Source: Pseudobacteriovorax sp.
GTDB taxonomy: Bacteria; Bdellovibrionota_B; Oligoflexia; Oligoflexales; Oligoflexaceae
NCBI GenBank assembly: GCA_050293845.1
Contig: JBNKNM010000180.1
Location: 1 to 11,791 of the forward strand
Reading direction: 5' to 3'
Length of the DNA: 11,791 nt
The notes under the pieces are model-generated. The model made no database searches. It saw only the letters and a list, made by a program, of their open reading frames with translations, and was not told where the DNA came from. Made by a program: the position numbers and the translations under genes. How positions within the stretch are numbered: position 1 is the stretch's first letter; each line of letters begins with the position of its first letter. This document shows, in pieces, positions 1 through 8,176 of this stretch.

Positions 1-38
1 TTGAATTTCTGTGACAGGAGTGTCCATGGTGTGCTCAT
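1..38 (-). CDS. Probable 5' end of a gene running off the left edge (MSTPWTLLSQKF...; alternative ATG at 27 gives MDTPVTEIQ...)
   Basis: The minus strand reads AAAGAGGTAAAAACTGAAA-ATG, an SD-like GAGGT upstream of the ATG at 38, and is open to the window edge. A TATAAT lies at 131..126 on the minus strand. Too short to identify the product. Confidence 0.4.
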   Translation of the reverse strand, partial: MSTPWTLLSQKF

Positions 39-234
39 TTTCAGTTTTTACCTCTTTTTTGTACTATCGCAAATTTGGTAAAATCCTAAATGGCACTTTT
101 TTACAGCGAACTGGCCAATGTCACTATTATAACGCTCTCTGAAATTTAGTGTATCCTATTGAAATTATGAATTTAATAGGTTCTGGTTGAAAACTTTTCA
201 AAAACGCTAATTCTCATTTAAACGAGATAGTATT

Positions 235-2154
235 TTAACATTCCACAATAAGAATTGTGGAATCATCTATATCTTTGTTTTTCTTGTTTTTAACTGATTC
301 TAAAATTGTTTCAAATTCCTTTTCAAGCTCATCAATACCCGACATCTTTGATAGGATCTTTTTTATCATTTTGGTATTAATTTTTGAGGAGTTTTCTACT
401 AGTCCATCGGTAAACAGAAAAAACTGATCCTTGGGACTAAATTTAAAATCCATAACATTTATGTCAATTGATGCGCTGAGACCAAGGATAGAACCTCTTC
501 CAAAAAGTAAGTCTACCTTTTGGCTTTCTGGTTTGATATGAAATGAGGGGGGATGCCCACAGTTAATGTAGTAACCTCTATAAATATTAAAATCCAAGCA
601 GATTAGGCTTGCGGTCATTAGCTTTCGACTGACTTTATCTTCTAACCTAATAGTTTGATTAATTGCTCTAGCAATAGATTTTAGTTCATCTTCGGGTGTC
701 GTTTTTTGGTTTCTAAAATTTTCAATTACAGCATTACAAGAGCCAATGGAAGCTACAGAAACGATTGCTGAGTCGAACCCATGTCCTGTTACATCAGCTA
801 TTACTAAATAGAGTCGGCCTTTCTCTTCATGATACCTTATGAATGCCCAATCTCCCGCCAATGTTTCAGCCGGATTATAGATGAGTTTGTGCTTAATTTG
901 ATCCGGTAAGGATGTTCCAAAAAACGATTCGTGAATCGACTTTGCCTGCATTAGCTTTATGTCTGTCTCAATAGATTTTTGTGACAACTCTTCATTAACA
1001 CTACGTAAAGTATTAACCTTTGTAGCTAACCCAAATGAAATCATACTACACTCTAAAATCGATCCAAATACCATACCCCACTCTGTGAGGATCGATCTTT
1101 CGAAAATACCAATGTAATAAAATATAGAAAATGCATTTAATACAGCAAATCCTGCCCATGCAGATAAATATATTTTCCCAAGGGAAGAGCCCTTAATGGT
1201 CAAAAGAAAGGCTAAGCTAAAAACCCAGAAAGCTACCATAATATTTGCAATTAAGACCATAAAGGTACCGATTTGGTGAGCGAATATTTCAAGAAATGCT
1301 GTGAGTATGGAAAAGGCAACCAAAGTATATCCTATCCGAGTTGCCATCAAGGTATATTTTTTAACCTGAAGAAAAGAAAGTGTAAATAATACAACAAATG
1401 CAAGGGTAAAAGTTGCTGTAAAGATAGTAGCATTGTCTGTAAAAAAATGATGATCATAAAAGTGACTGAATATAAATCCGCTAAAACTGAGTTGAAAACC
1501 AATAAATCCTAGTACATAAAACGTATAAAAAAGATAGTCTTTAGACTTCATCGCAAAAAACAGTAGAAAATTATAAATTGCCATAATTCCTAAGCCACCG
1601 AACATTGTACCCAGAATCGTGTATCCGAGCTGCATATTTTCGACGAATCCATCGCGATTGGAGTAGGTAAGACGCACGCCACTCAATCCATCAAGCTTGT
1701 ATAAAAAGTAGATTTCATTAAGGCCTGGCCTCAAATTGAATTGAAAAGAAGGGAAGCGATTTTTGAATGGGCGTTCTGTGATAGGATATTCATCACCATC
1801 TACCTTCTTATCAATAATGACTCCTTGGTACACATGAAAGGCCCTAATTTCATTGGTTTGTGCCCAGCCATCAACTAGGAAAAGCTCTTCATCCTTTTTA
1901 GCTTCAAAAGGGACTTTAATCCAAAAATATCGCCATCTCAGTGAAACGCTTTCCTTCCGCGAATCTCGCCACTGTCTCCGACTTTTACCGTTGATTTCTT
2001 CAAGTATATCTATATCTTGGCTAGAGAAGTAATAGTGAGGAACCTTATTTTCTGCACCTTCCAATTTATTGATATTTTGCATTATCGCTGCAGATTTACC
2101 ATTCTTCGGTAGTAATAGCCAAAATAGTAAAATCAGCATCTTGAATTTATTCAT
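235..2154 (-). CDS. 7TM-DISM membrane sensor fused to a SpoIIE/PP2C-family (RsbU-like) Ser/Thr phosphatase
   Basis: Hydrophobic N-terminal signal; a 7TMR-DISMED2-like extracellular region (YFWIKVPF, GDEYPITERPFKNRFPSF); a 7TM block (GTMFGGLGIMAIYNFLLFF..KSKDYLFY..Y, GSILECSMISFGLA); a short coiled coil; then the PP2C/SpoIIE motifs AGDW, IADVTGHG, NCGHP, FTDGLVE and DDSTIL. Confidence 0.92.
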   Translation of the reverse strand: MNKFKMLILLFWLLLPKNGKSAAIMQNINKLEGAENKVPHYYFSSQDIDILEEINGKSRRQWRDSRKESVSLRWRYFWIKVPFEAKKDEELFLVDGWAQTNEIRAFHVYQGVIIDKKVDGDEYPITERPFKNRFPSFQFNLRPGLNEIYFLYKLDGLSGVRLTYSNRDGFVENMQLGYTILGTMFGGLGIMAIYNFLLFFAMKSKDYLFYTFYVLGFIGFQLSFSGFIFSHFYDHHFFTDNATIFTATFTLAFVVLFTLSFLQVKKYTLMATRIGYTLVAFSILTAFLEIFAHQIGTFMVLIANIMVAFWVFSLAFLLTIKGSSLGKIYLSAWAGFAVLNAFSIFYYIGIFERSILTEWGMVFGSILECSMISFGLATKVNTLRSVNEELSQKSIETDIKLMQAKSIHESFFGTSLPDQIKHKLIYNPAETLAGDWAFIRYHEEKGRLYLVIADVTGHGFDSAIVSVASIGSCNAVIENFRNQKTTPEDELKSIARAINQTIRLEDKVSRKLMTASLICLDFNIYRGYYINCGHPPSFHIKPESQKVDLLFGRGSILGLSASIDINVMDFKFSPKDQFFLFTDGLVENSSKINTKMIKKILSKMSGIDELEKEFETILESVKNKKNKDIDDSTILIVEC

Positions 2155-2489
2155 CCCAGGCGCCTATGGATTTCAAAGACTGTGTAACAATAATATCATA
2201 GCTTTGATCTTTGATAATGGGCATCTATAAACAAGGCTGCATGGCTAGAAAATTTAGCTTACTAGTGGTAGTGGGGAGAGAATACTCTTAAGTAAAAAAA
2301 TCACGATGGTTTTGAACCCCAGCTTTTCCAGAATAGGTGAGTAGTCAGTGTTATGATAGCAAAAAATAGCTGTGCTAGGGCCGTTATTAAGCTCGTCCCC
2401 TCAGATATTCCCAACTGTTATATTGGATTTGCCAGTGTAATGACTTACCATCTAATATTGACGATAATTGAAACCTACCGGAGCAACAT

Positions 2490-3578
2490 ATGAGAAGAAC
2501 TGGTTTATTCTACATTATTTTCAGCATAGTAATATTGAAAACCAGTTGTGGTGAAAACAGCAGCGGGAGTTCTGGAGGCTCGTCCTCTGCAATTCCCTCA
2601 GGCACATTGGTTGTGCAAGGAAATCTTGAAAATAGCGATGACCCTGCAAATACCAGCATTCTTGCATCCCAGCCAGTTACGCTTCAAGATACTGATGGCA
2701 ATCTTGTTGGTGCTGCAACTACTGACGAAGATGGGTCCTACGAAATTACTATTGCAGCAGGTTCCATAGTTGTGGAGCCATCTCTATCTTTGGTCGCGTC
2801 GTCGTCTTTGAGCACGGATCGTTTCCTTCTTGAGAGTACCATAGAAGACGATGGTACTGGCAAAGCACTAGGAATTCGTCAGCAAGTCGACTTAGACGCA
2901 TCAATGGTTACATCTACCACAGAAGATTCCAGTATTTTTGATATTGGGAGTAGTCCGCTCGCACAAATCGGTGCCATTAGTGGCACAGTAAGCTTCGCGG
3001 ATACCACTGTGATAAATAATAAAACCGATGTATTTATTCCTGGAAAGTCTTTTTTTGTAAGAACCGATGCGAATGGTTCTTACCATTTCCTATTTGTACC
3101 AGCAGGCACTTATACGGTCCGCATCGAAAATGATATTTACTACAAAGAAATAGATGTCACTGTTGAGGCAAACACAACAACTGTAGTCGGTGAAACTACT
3201 GTAGCTATAACTGAAAGAGACCCCCTTCCACTGGAAGATGTCATCCTTGGCAACTGGAATACGAACTGCTGGAGAGATACTGGAGATGCAAATGACCCGG
3301 TAGTTGCCGAGACAGGAACTATTGCCATAGAATCGTTAACAAGCACAAGCTATACAGGTGTTTCTTGCCTAACTAAGTCTGTCGAATTCAGTGCAGACGC
3401 CACTAAGGAAGATATATCTCAAATATACGTCCTCAGTGACCGAGCGATTATTGTTGTCTATGCGAAAATTTCTACTAGTGTAAAGAGTAAAGAGCTTTAT
3501 TCCGTATTAGGGCACACCAACAATAGCATGATTATTGATATGGGAAGCAAGATAGAGGTCTTCACTAGATCAGACTAA
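2490..3578 (+). CDS. Predicted lipoprotein with beta-sandwich (carboxypeptidase-regulatory-like / prealbumin-like) domains
   Basis: GGAG SD at 2481-2484. The signal peptide ends in a lipobox-like LKTS-C20 followed by a Ser/Gly linker. Two typical repeats: 'VTLQDTDGNLVGAATTDEDGSYEI' and 'GAISGTV...VFIPGKSFFVRTDANGSYHFLFVPAGTYTVRI'. Acidic and Thr/Ser-rich. Confidence 0.8.
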   Translation: MRRTGLFYIIFSIVILKTSCGENSSGSSGGSSSAIPSGTLVVQGNLENSDDPANTSILASQPVTLQDTDGNLVGAATTDEDGSYEITIAAGSIVVEPSLSLVASSSLSTDRFLLESTIEDDGTGKALGIRQQVDLDASMVTSTTEDSSIFDIGSSPLAQIGAISGTVSFADTTVINNKTDVFIPGKSFFVRTDANGSYHFLFVPAGTYTVRIENDIYYKEIDVTVEANTTTVVGETTVAITERDPLPLEDVILGNWNTNCWRDTGDANDPVVAETGTIAIESLTSTSYTGVSCLTKSVEFSADATKEDISQIYVLSDRAIIVVYAKISTSVKSKELYSVLGHTNNSMIIDMGSKIEVFTRSD

Positions 3579-3705
3579 TTGCCAAACTATTGGTAATAAT
3601 ACACCCCTATATGGCAAACGGTACCACTTTGGGTCTCAAGAAAATGTGGAACGCTACTAAGGTAAATTCCAAGAGTGATCAGTGTCGATAAAAACGCATG
3701 CTATC

Positions 3706-4464
3706 TCAACAAGACGCGTTTCCATCTGCATTCCACATTTTAAGACACTTTGCAATAAATTCACCCTGCTTCCCAGCCAAAATGTAGGTCGGATTTCTTT
3801 TTTCTAACCGATTTTTTAGTTCCGAGAATGATTCGCCAAGATGTAGATGGGCAGCCATCAACATGGTTGACGTTCGCCCAATGCCAGCCAAGCAATGAAC
3901 TGCGATTATTTCGTCGTTAGTTTGAGCTGTTTCGATTATTCGGGCAAGTTCCAAGACTTGGTCATGTTTGGGTGCTTCCAGGTCATTTATAGCAATGTGA
4001 TGAAGGTTGAGGTGTTTCGACAACATTTCCTGACTATGGTGGCGTTCGGTCAAGGTCACTAACCTTTGAACACCGAACTGTCTCAGTTGATTGACTTCTT
4101 TTTGTATCTGTAATTGATTCAATTGGACGTGAAGGTAGTCATTTTCGATAGAAAAATCGCGGAATGAGTCCGTTCTTTTCGACAACTGTGCAAGCGTTTT
4201 TAAAAAGCCCTTTTCATCATCGAAAACCATCATGGCTTTTTTACCCAGATCGGACGTCATGCGAAAAAAAGGAAACACCTTAGGAGCATAAGTCTCAAGG
4301 TGATGTCGAAAGGAAATAAGTGGAGCTGCTTCGGAGGAATACTGCCCAAGCCAGCTAAAAAGAATTGCTTCCTCGATGGGAAGGTCACTCCAATGTATGG
4401 CATTGAATCCCGGCCTTGCCATCCCAGCTATCGCATTGTCTTTAAACCACCAAAATGCCCTCAT
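3706..4464 (-). CDS. Cysteine-dependent dual-specificity / protein-tyrosine phosphatase (DUSP23-like) with a ~100-aa insertion
   Basis: Strong SD AAGGAGG before the ATG. P-loop HCLAGIGRT (HCx5R, residues 190-198), general-acid loop 'IAINDLEAP', N-terminal 'FWWFKDNAIAGMARPG', and 'GVQRLVTLTE', all typical of small DUSP23-like phosphatases. Confidence 0.9.
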   Translation of the reverse strand: MRAFWWFKDNAIAGMARPGFNAIHWSDLPIEEAILFSWLGQYSSEAAPLISFRHHLETYAPKVFPFFRMTSDLGKKAMMVFDDEKGFLKTLAQLSKRTDSFRDFSIENDYLHVQLNQLQIQKEVNQLRQFGVQRLVTLTERHHSQEMLSKHLNLHHIAINDLEAPKHDQVLELARIIETAQTNDEIIAVHCLAGIGRTSTMLMAAHLHLGESFSELKNRLEKRNPTYILAGKQGEFIAKCLKMWNADGNASC

Positions 4465-4944
4465 ATTGGAATTCCTCCTTCGTTGCTACCTTTTCTGAAA
4501 GCTACTTAAATCACTTAGGAAATAGGACAGCTTTGATACTAATATTATTCTTTTGAGAATAGAGTACAAAGTGAATGAACACAGCCGGGTAGAATTATTG
4601 AACACTAGAATGTAAACTATCAATGCAGGAATAATGAAAATGTTTTGCCATTCATGTACTGCGTCATTAACACTCTAATATCTTTAGAAAAACAATTCGA
4701 AACTAATTTTAAAACCAAGACTGTTATTCTCTCTAGTGGTAAACATGACATATCTACCACCAAGCTCTTAGGTATCTATCGAATAGGGTTTCCTTAGCAA
4801 GTCGAGGTGGATCTAAAGAGAGACTAGTTGCGATGTTTTTGTTATACCCCTTACTCCCTGTCCGCTGACGTTCAGGATATGCCTATGAAATATAGTACGC
4901 CATAAGTTATGGGTGCTAAATATTTAGAGAGGAAAACCCCATAC

Positions 4945-6432
4945 ATGTTAGATAGTGACTACTTGAAGTCTGAGTGGTTTGGCAATGTTCGCAAAGACTT
5001 ACTTGCGGGTCTTGTTGTAGCCTTAGCCTTGATTCCAGAAGCTATAGCATTTTCAATTATTGCTGGATTAGATCCCAAAGTAGGTCTTTATGCTTCATTT
5101 TGCATCGCAGTGGTTACGGCATTTTTTGGTGGCCGTCCTGGTATGATATCGGCCGCAACAGGTGCGATGGCGCTGCTTATGGTCACCTTAGTCAAGGACT
5201 ATGGACTCCAATATCTATTGGCAGCTACTCTCCTTACTGGAGTATTGCAGATAGTAGCTGGATATTTGAAGTTAGGGAATTTGATGCGGTTCGTGTCACG
5301 ATCTGTAGTTCTCGGCTTTGTTAATGCGCTAGCCATTTTAATTTTTATGGCCCAGCTACCCGAACTTACCAATGTTAGCTGGCAGGTATACGCTATGACT
5401 GCAGCTGGGCTTGGCATCATCTACTTGTTCCCATACATCAACAAGACAATCCCCTCCCCGTTAGTATGTATTATATCATTAACAATTCTTTCCATAATTC
5501 TGGATCTCGATATACGTAAAGTTGGGGACATGGGAGCCTTACCAGACATGTTACCCATATTTCTTATTCCTCAGATCCCTCTTAGTCTGGACACTCTGTG
5601 GATCATTTTGCCATACTCAGCTGGACTTGCTGTAGTAGGATTACTTGAGTCAATGATGACAGCGACTATAGTCGACGACCTGACTGATACAGCGAGTGAC
5701 AAGAATCGCGAATGTAAAGGTCAGGGTTTGGGAAATATCGCCGCAGGATTTCTTGGTGGTATGGCAGGCTGTGCTATGATTGGACAATCGGTTATTAATG
5801 TGAAGTCAGGCGGCAGGGGTAGGCTTTCAACATTAGTCGCAGGAATCGTGATGTTGATACTGGTCGTTTTTCTTAAGGAGTGGGTGTCGCAAATACCCAT
5901 GGCAGCATTAGTCGCTGTTATGATTATGGTTTCCATAGGAACTTTTTCCTGGGACTTTGTTAAGAATATTCGCAAAAACCCCCTATCCAGCACTATCGTG
6001 ACAGTAACCACAGTGGTCGTTGTTGTGCTCACTCACAACTTAGCTTACGGTGTCTTCATCGGTGTCCTTCTGGCTTCTTTGTTCTTCGCCAATAAAGTAG
6101 CCCAACTATTCTATATAAACTCTAAAGCGAATGCTGATGGCAGCCAACGTACTTACACCATCAGAGGCCAGGTCTTCTTTGCCTCTTCGGAAAAGTTTAT
6201 CGATTCATTCGATTTTAAAGAGGCTATTGATAAAGTTGTCATTGATGTGTCTCATTCACATTTTTGGGATATAACTGCTGTGAGTGCGTTGGATAAAGTA
6301 ATTAACAAGTTCCGCAGGGAAGGTACTAAAGCAGAGGTACTTGGTCTTAACGAAGCCAGTCGTACTTTGATGGACAAATTCGGAGTTCATGATAAACCAG
6401 AAGAACAGGAAAAAGTACTTAACGCCCATTAG
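4945..6432 (+). CDS. sulP: SulP/SLC26-family inorganic anion transporter with C-terminal STAS domain
   Basis: Family motifs [65 protein letters not shown], and STAS GQVFFAS...D.S.SHFWD. The start at 4945 is preferred over 4909 because of the SD GAGAGGA at 4927-4933 and the typical N-terminus (..[10 protein letters not shown]). Confidence 0.95.
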   Translation: MLDSDYLKSEWFGNVRKDLLAGLVVALALIPEAIAFSIIAGLDPKVGLYASFCIAVVTAFFGGRPGMISAATGAMALLMVTLVKDYGLQYLLAATLLTGVLQIVAGYLKLGNLMRFVSRSVVLGFVNALAILIFMAQLPELTNVSWQVYAMTAAGLGIIYLFPYINKTIPSPLVCIISLTILSIILDLDIRKVGDMGALPDMLPIFLIPQIPLSLDTLWIILPYSAGLAVVGLLESMMTATIVDDLTDTASDKNRECKGQGLGNIAAGFLGGMAGCAMIGQSVINVKSGGRGRLSTLVAGIVMLILVVFLKEWVSQIPMAALVAVMIMVSIGTFSWDFVKNIRKNPLSSTIVTVTTVVVVVLTHNLAYGVFIGVLLASLFFANKVAQLFYINSKANADGSQRTYTIRGQVFFASSEKFIDSFDFKEAIDKVVIDVSHSHFWDITAVSALDKVINKFRREGTKAEVLGLNEASRTLMDKFGVHDKPEEQEKVLNAH

Positions 6433-6445
6433 GAGAGTTCAAACT

Positions 6446-7291
6446 ATGTCAAAAAAAATTATAGCTTGCGTTGACGGCAGTCCCTATTCCCCAGCAGTCT
6501 GCGACTGGGCGGTTTATCTAAGTCAGCATCTTTCAATACCTGTTCTGTTACTTCATGTACTAGAAAAAGAAGGACTGCAAAACCAAGCTGACCTCTCCGG
6601 ATTCATTGGCTTAGGCAGTCGCGAACATTTGCTGGAAGAGCTTGTTCAGTTGGACGAACAACGGGGAAAGCTAAAAATGGAGCAAGGCAAGCTTATCCTA
6701 AACAATGCGAGACAGTACCTGATGGAAAAGGGCGTTAAGGATGTTACAACCCGACAACGTCATGGCAGCCTTGTAGAAAGCCTTAGCGAGTTAGCACCTG
6801 AAACTCGTGTCATCATCATTGGCCATCATGGTAAGCATGGTATGAGCCAAGTTGCCCAGATTGGAAATCACGTAGAAACGGTTATTCGCACGCAAAACTC
6901 ACCGGTTTTAGTAGCTCAGCACGAATTTAAAAAACCAACTTGTATGATGATGGCCTACGATGGCAGCTCTACAGCTCAGTTAGCTTTAGATAAATTAGTC
7001 AACAACAAACTCTTAGAGGGTATACCTTGTCATCTAGTTATGGTGGGGCAGGACGAGTCTGATAACCTTTCAGTAGCTGCGCAACATCTGCAAGACTCTG
7101 GCCTTGAAGTTCACAAAGCACTCCTCCATGGAGACATTGAAAAGGCATTGTGGCGTTATGCACAAGACAAACAAATTGACTTAATGGTTATGGGGGCTTA
7201 CGGACATTCGCGCATTCGTCAATTTTTCGTTGGTAGTAATACTACGCGTATGTTAGTCAGCACTAAGATTCCCCTAGTTTTAATGCGCTAA
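6446..7291 (+). CDS. Universal stress protein (tandem two-USP-domain type), co-transcribed with sulP
   Basis: SD AGGAGA at 6431-6436 and ATG at 6446, which gives 281 aa (the ORF-track start at 6389 overlaps sulP). Motifs IIACVDGS, IGNHVETVIR, MAYDGS and DLMVMGAYGHSRIRQFFVGSNT. Confidence 0.93.
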   Translation: MSKKIIACVDGSPYSPAVCDWAVYLSQHLSIPVLLLHVLEKEGLQNQADLSGFIGLGSREHLLEELVQLDEQRGKLKMEQGKLILNNARQYLMEKGVKDVTTRQRHGSLVESLSELAPETRVIIIGHHGKHGMSQVAQIGNHVETVIRTQNSPVLVAQHEFKKPTCMMMAYDGSSTAQLALDKLVNNKLLEGIPCHLVMVGQDESDNLSVAAQHLQDSGLEVHKALLHGDIEKALWRYAQDKQIDLMVMGAYGHSRIRQFFVGSNTTRMLVSTKIPLVLMR

Positions 7292-7696
7292 TCTTCAACT
7301 TTTTTCCTGTATCTTTCTTTAACTTTCTTCCCTTTTTTGTAGAGCAAGGCCGCATAGTTCTTCTTAATTTCAGAGCTAAGTAGGACAGGGTTGTCAACCA
7401 CCTGGTAGAACTCGGTAAGCATATTGCGGCTTCCCTTCCTCAAGCCACTTGCTTGACAGCAATGGCAACTTCTTGAGCGCTGCAAATAAGTTGAGATGTT
7501 TCATCTTTGGTAACACCAATGCACTCATTTCAATTGAGTGCTTTTAATTTTACTTCTACCATTTAAACAAGATCTTCCACTTTGTTTTTCTATCAGCTCT
7601 CTTATGATAGCCATTATTGTTAACAAGGACATCAATTCTCATATTCTCTCCACGTGCGATAAGAACGAGATTTGCTTTCCATGGCTATTCCTTAGA
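7288..7696 (-). pseudogene. Degraded short-chain dehydrogenase/reductase (SDR) gene with internal deletions, frameshifts and stops
   Basis: Colinear SDR-like pieces appear across minus-strand frames: a possible SK-GI(G)ME remnant (~7696-7678), KANLVLIARG (7678-7649), RIDVLVNNNGYHKR (from 7639), VEDLV*MVEVKLKA / IEMSALVLPKMK (to ~7499), then SQLICSAQEVAIAVKQVA*GREAAICLPSSTRWLTTLSYLALKLRRTMRP / LLYKKGKKVKERYRKKVED*. The YxxxK catalytic segment is missing. Confidence 0.72.
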
Positions 7697-7722
7697 TATT
7701 GATTGAACCGATTAAGATATGA

Positions 7723-7893
7723 AGACCATATGATACTTGCGAATGGGCTTGTAATAATACTCAATATGGTCCAAAGTAGTCCTTAAGTAAGGCCTTCTGG
7801 CGATCATTTGCTCGTCAAAATGGACGCTTTGTCGTTGACAGGCGAACACTAGTCAAGGACTTAACCTTCCTCTCAGGGGGGAAGAAGTAATAG
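7723..7893 (+). pseudogene. Possible 3' remnant of an unidentified gene
   Basis: One frame reads RPYDTCEWACNNTQYGPK*SLSKAFWRSFARQNGRFVVDRRTLVKDLTFLSGGKK** with a single internal TAG. It ends in tandem stops inside a terminator-like hairpin and has no start codon. Confidence 0.3.
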
Positions 7894-7914
7894 CTTCTCC
7901 CCTCCTGTTATTGT
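7874..7914 (+). terminator. Possible intrinsic terminator hairpin
   Basis: CAGGGGGGAAGAAG-TAATAG-CTTCTCCCCTCCTG forms a 14-bp stem with one G-U pair and one mismatch, followed by TTATTGT (a weak U-tract). Confidence 0.45.
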
Positions 7915-8010
7915 ACTCAATTTTGGTACCTAGCCATCCGTATTTTATGTATATGAAGAAAACCTATATTATTCGAAAGAACTCTGCAGGATTTAAAAAA
8001 TTACTTGACT

Positions 8011-8175
8011 ATGAAAAGTATCTTTTATGGAGTGCACGAAAGGCAACTATCTAGTGATGAAGTGGAGTTTGGTATAAGCTTTATCATAAACTATGGAGTT
8101 GAAGAATATGAAATCTACCTGATTAATTGGTATAATGTGACCATTTTGATCCCAATAACTAACTTGATTTTATAG
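8011..8175 (+). CDS. Small ORF or gene remnant (54 aa, MKSIFYGVHERQLSSDEVEFGISFIINYGVEEYEIYLINWYNVTILIPITNLIL)
   Basis: Below the ORF-track cutoff. The frame is open from 7957 (RKPILFERTLQDLKNYLT-M...), and its stop lies 1 nt before the ATG of the next ORF. No clear SD. Confidence 0.3.
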   Translation: MKSIFYGVHERQLSSDEVEFGISFIINYGVEEYEIYLINWYNVTILIPITNLIL

Positions 8176-8176
8176 T

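Noticed and set aside
91..105. TGGCAC as a sigma54 -24 element
   Set aside because: There is no GC at the -12 position, and it faces the 3' end of a convergent gene.
2159..2181. GGCG..TGGATTTCAAA.ACT, partially similar to repeat copy 1
   Set aside because: It lacks the conserved TTCGTGACATTC block and needs gaps to align, so it is likely chance.
4486..4674. Start-less minus-strand open stretch containing HEWQNIFIIPA, reminiscent of an MFS permease last helix
   Set aside because: A single short motif with no supporting colinear segments; it cannot be called without a search.
2548..6032. Short alternative-frame or antisense ORFs (2548, 2901, 3140, 4300, 4974, 5199, 5721)
   Set aside because: Shadow ORFs overlapping well-supported genes, with no recognisable motifs.
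7390..7460. GTCAACCACC...GGCTT...AAGCC...TTGACAGC, loosely resembling the 5' end of an IS200/IS605 IscB omega/HEARO RNA
   Set aside because: It lacks the characteristic strong GC hairpin, no iscB/tnpB ORF follows, and the sequence is explained as the antisense of the SDR pseudogene C-terminus.
7288..7485. 65-aa minus-strand ORF with a CHCC motif from the ORF track
   Set aside because: Only its last ~19 codons are in the true SDR frame; the rest is an out-of-frame read of the pseudogene.
7521..7551. Hairpin GCACTCA-N7-TGAGTGC plus TTTTAATTTT, terminator-like for sulP-usp
   Set aside because: It lies 230 bp beyond the usp stop and within SDR-derived coding sequence (KA/IEMSA). It could act fortuitously but is not supportable as a dedicated terminator.
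7778..7861. Possible multi-stem ncRNA (AGTCCTT/AAGGACT enclosing CGTC/GACG and TGTC/GACA hairpins)
   Set aside because: The stems are short, I recognise no RNA family, and the same DNA reads as a protein-like remnant on the plus strand.
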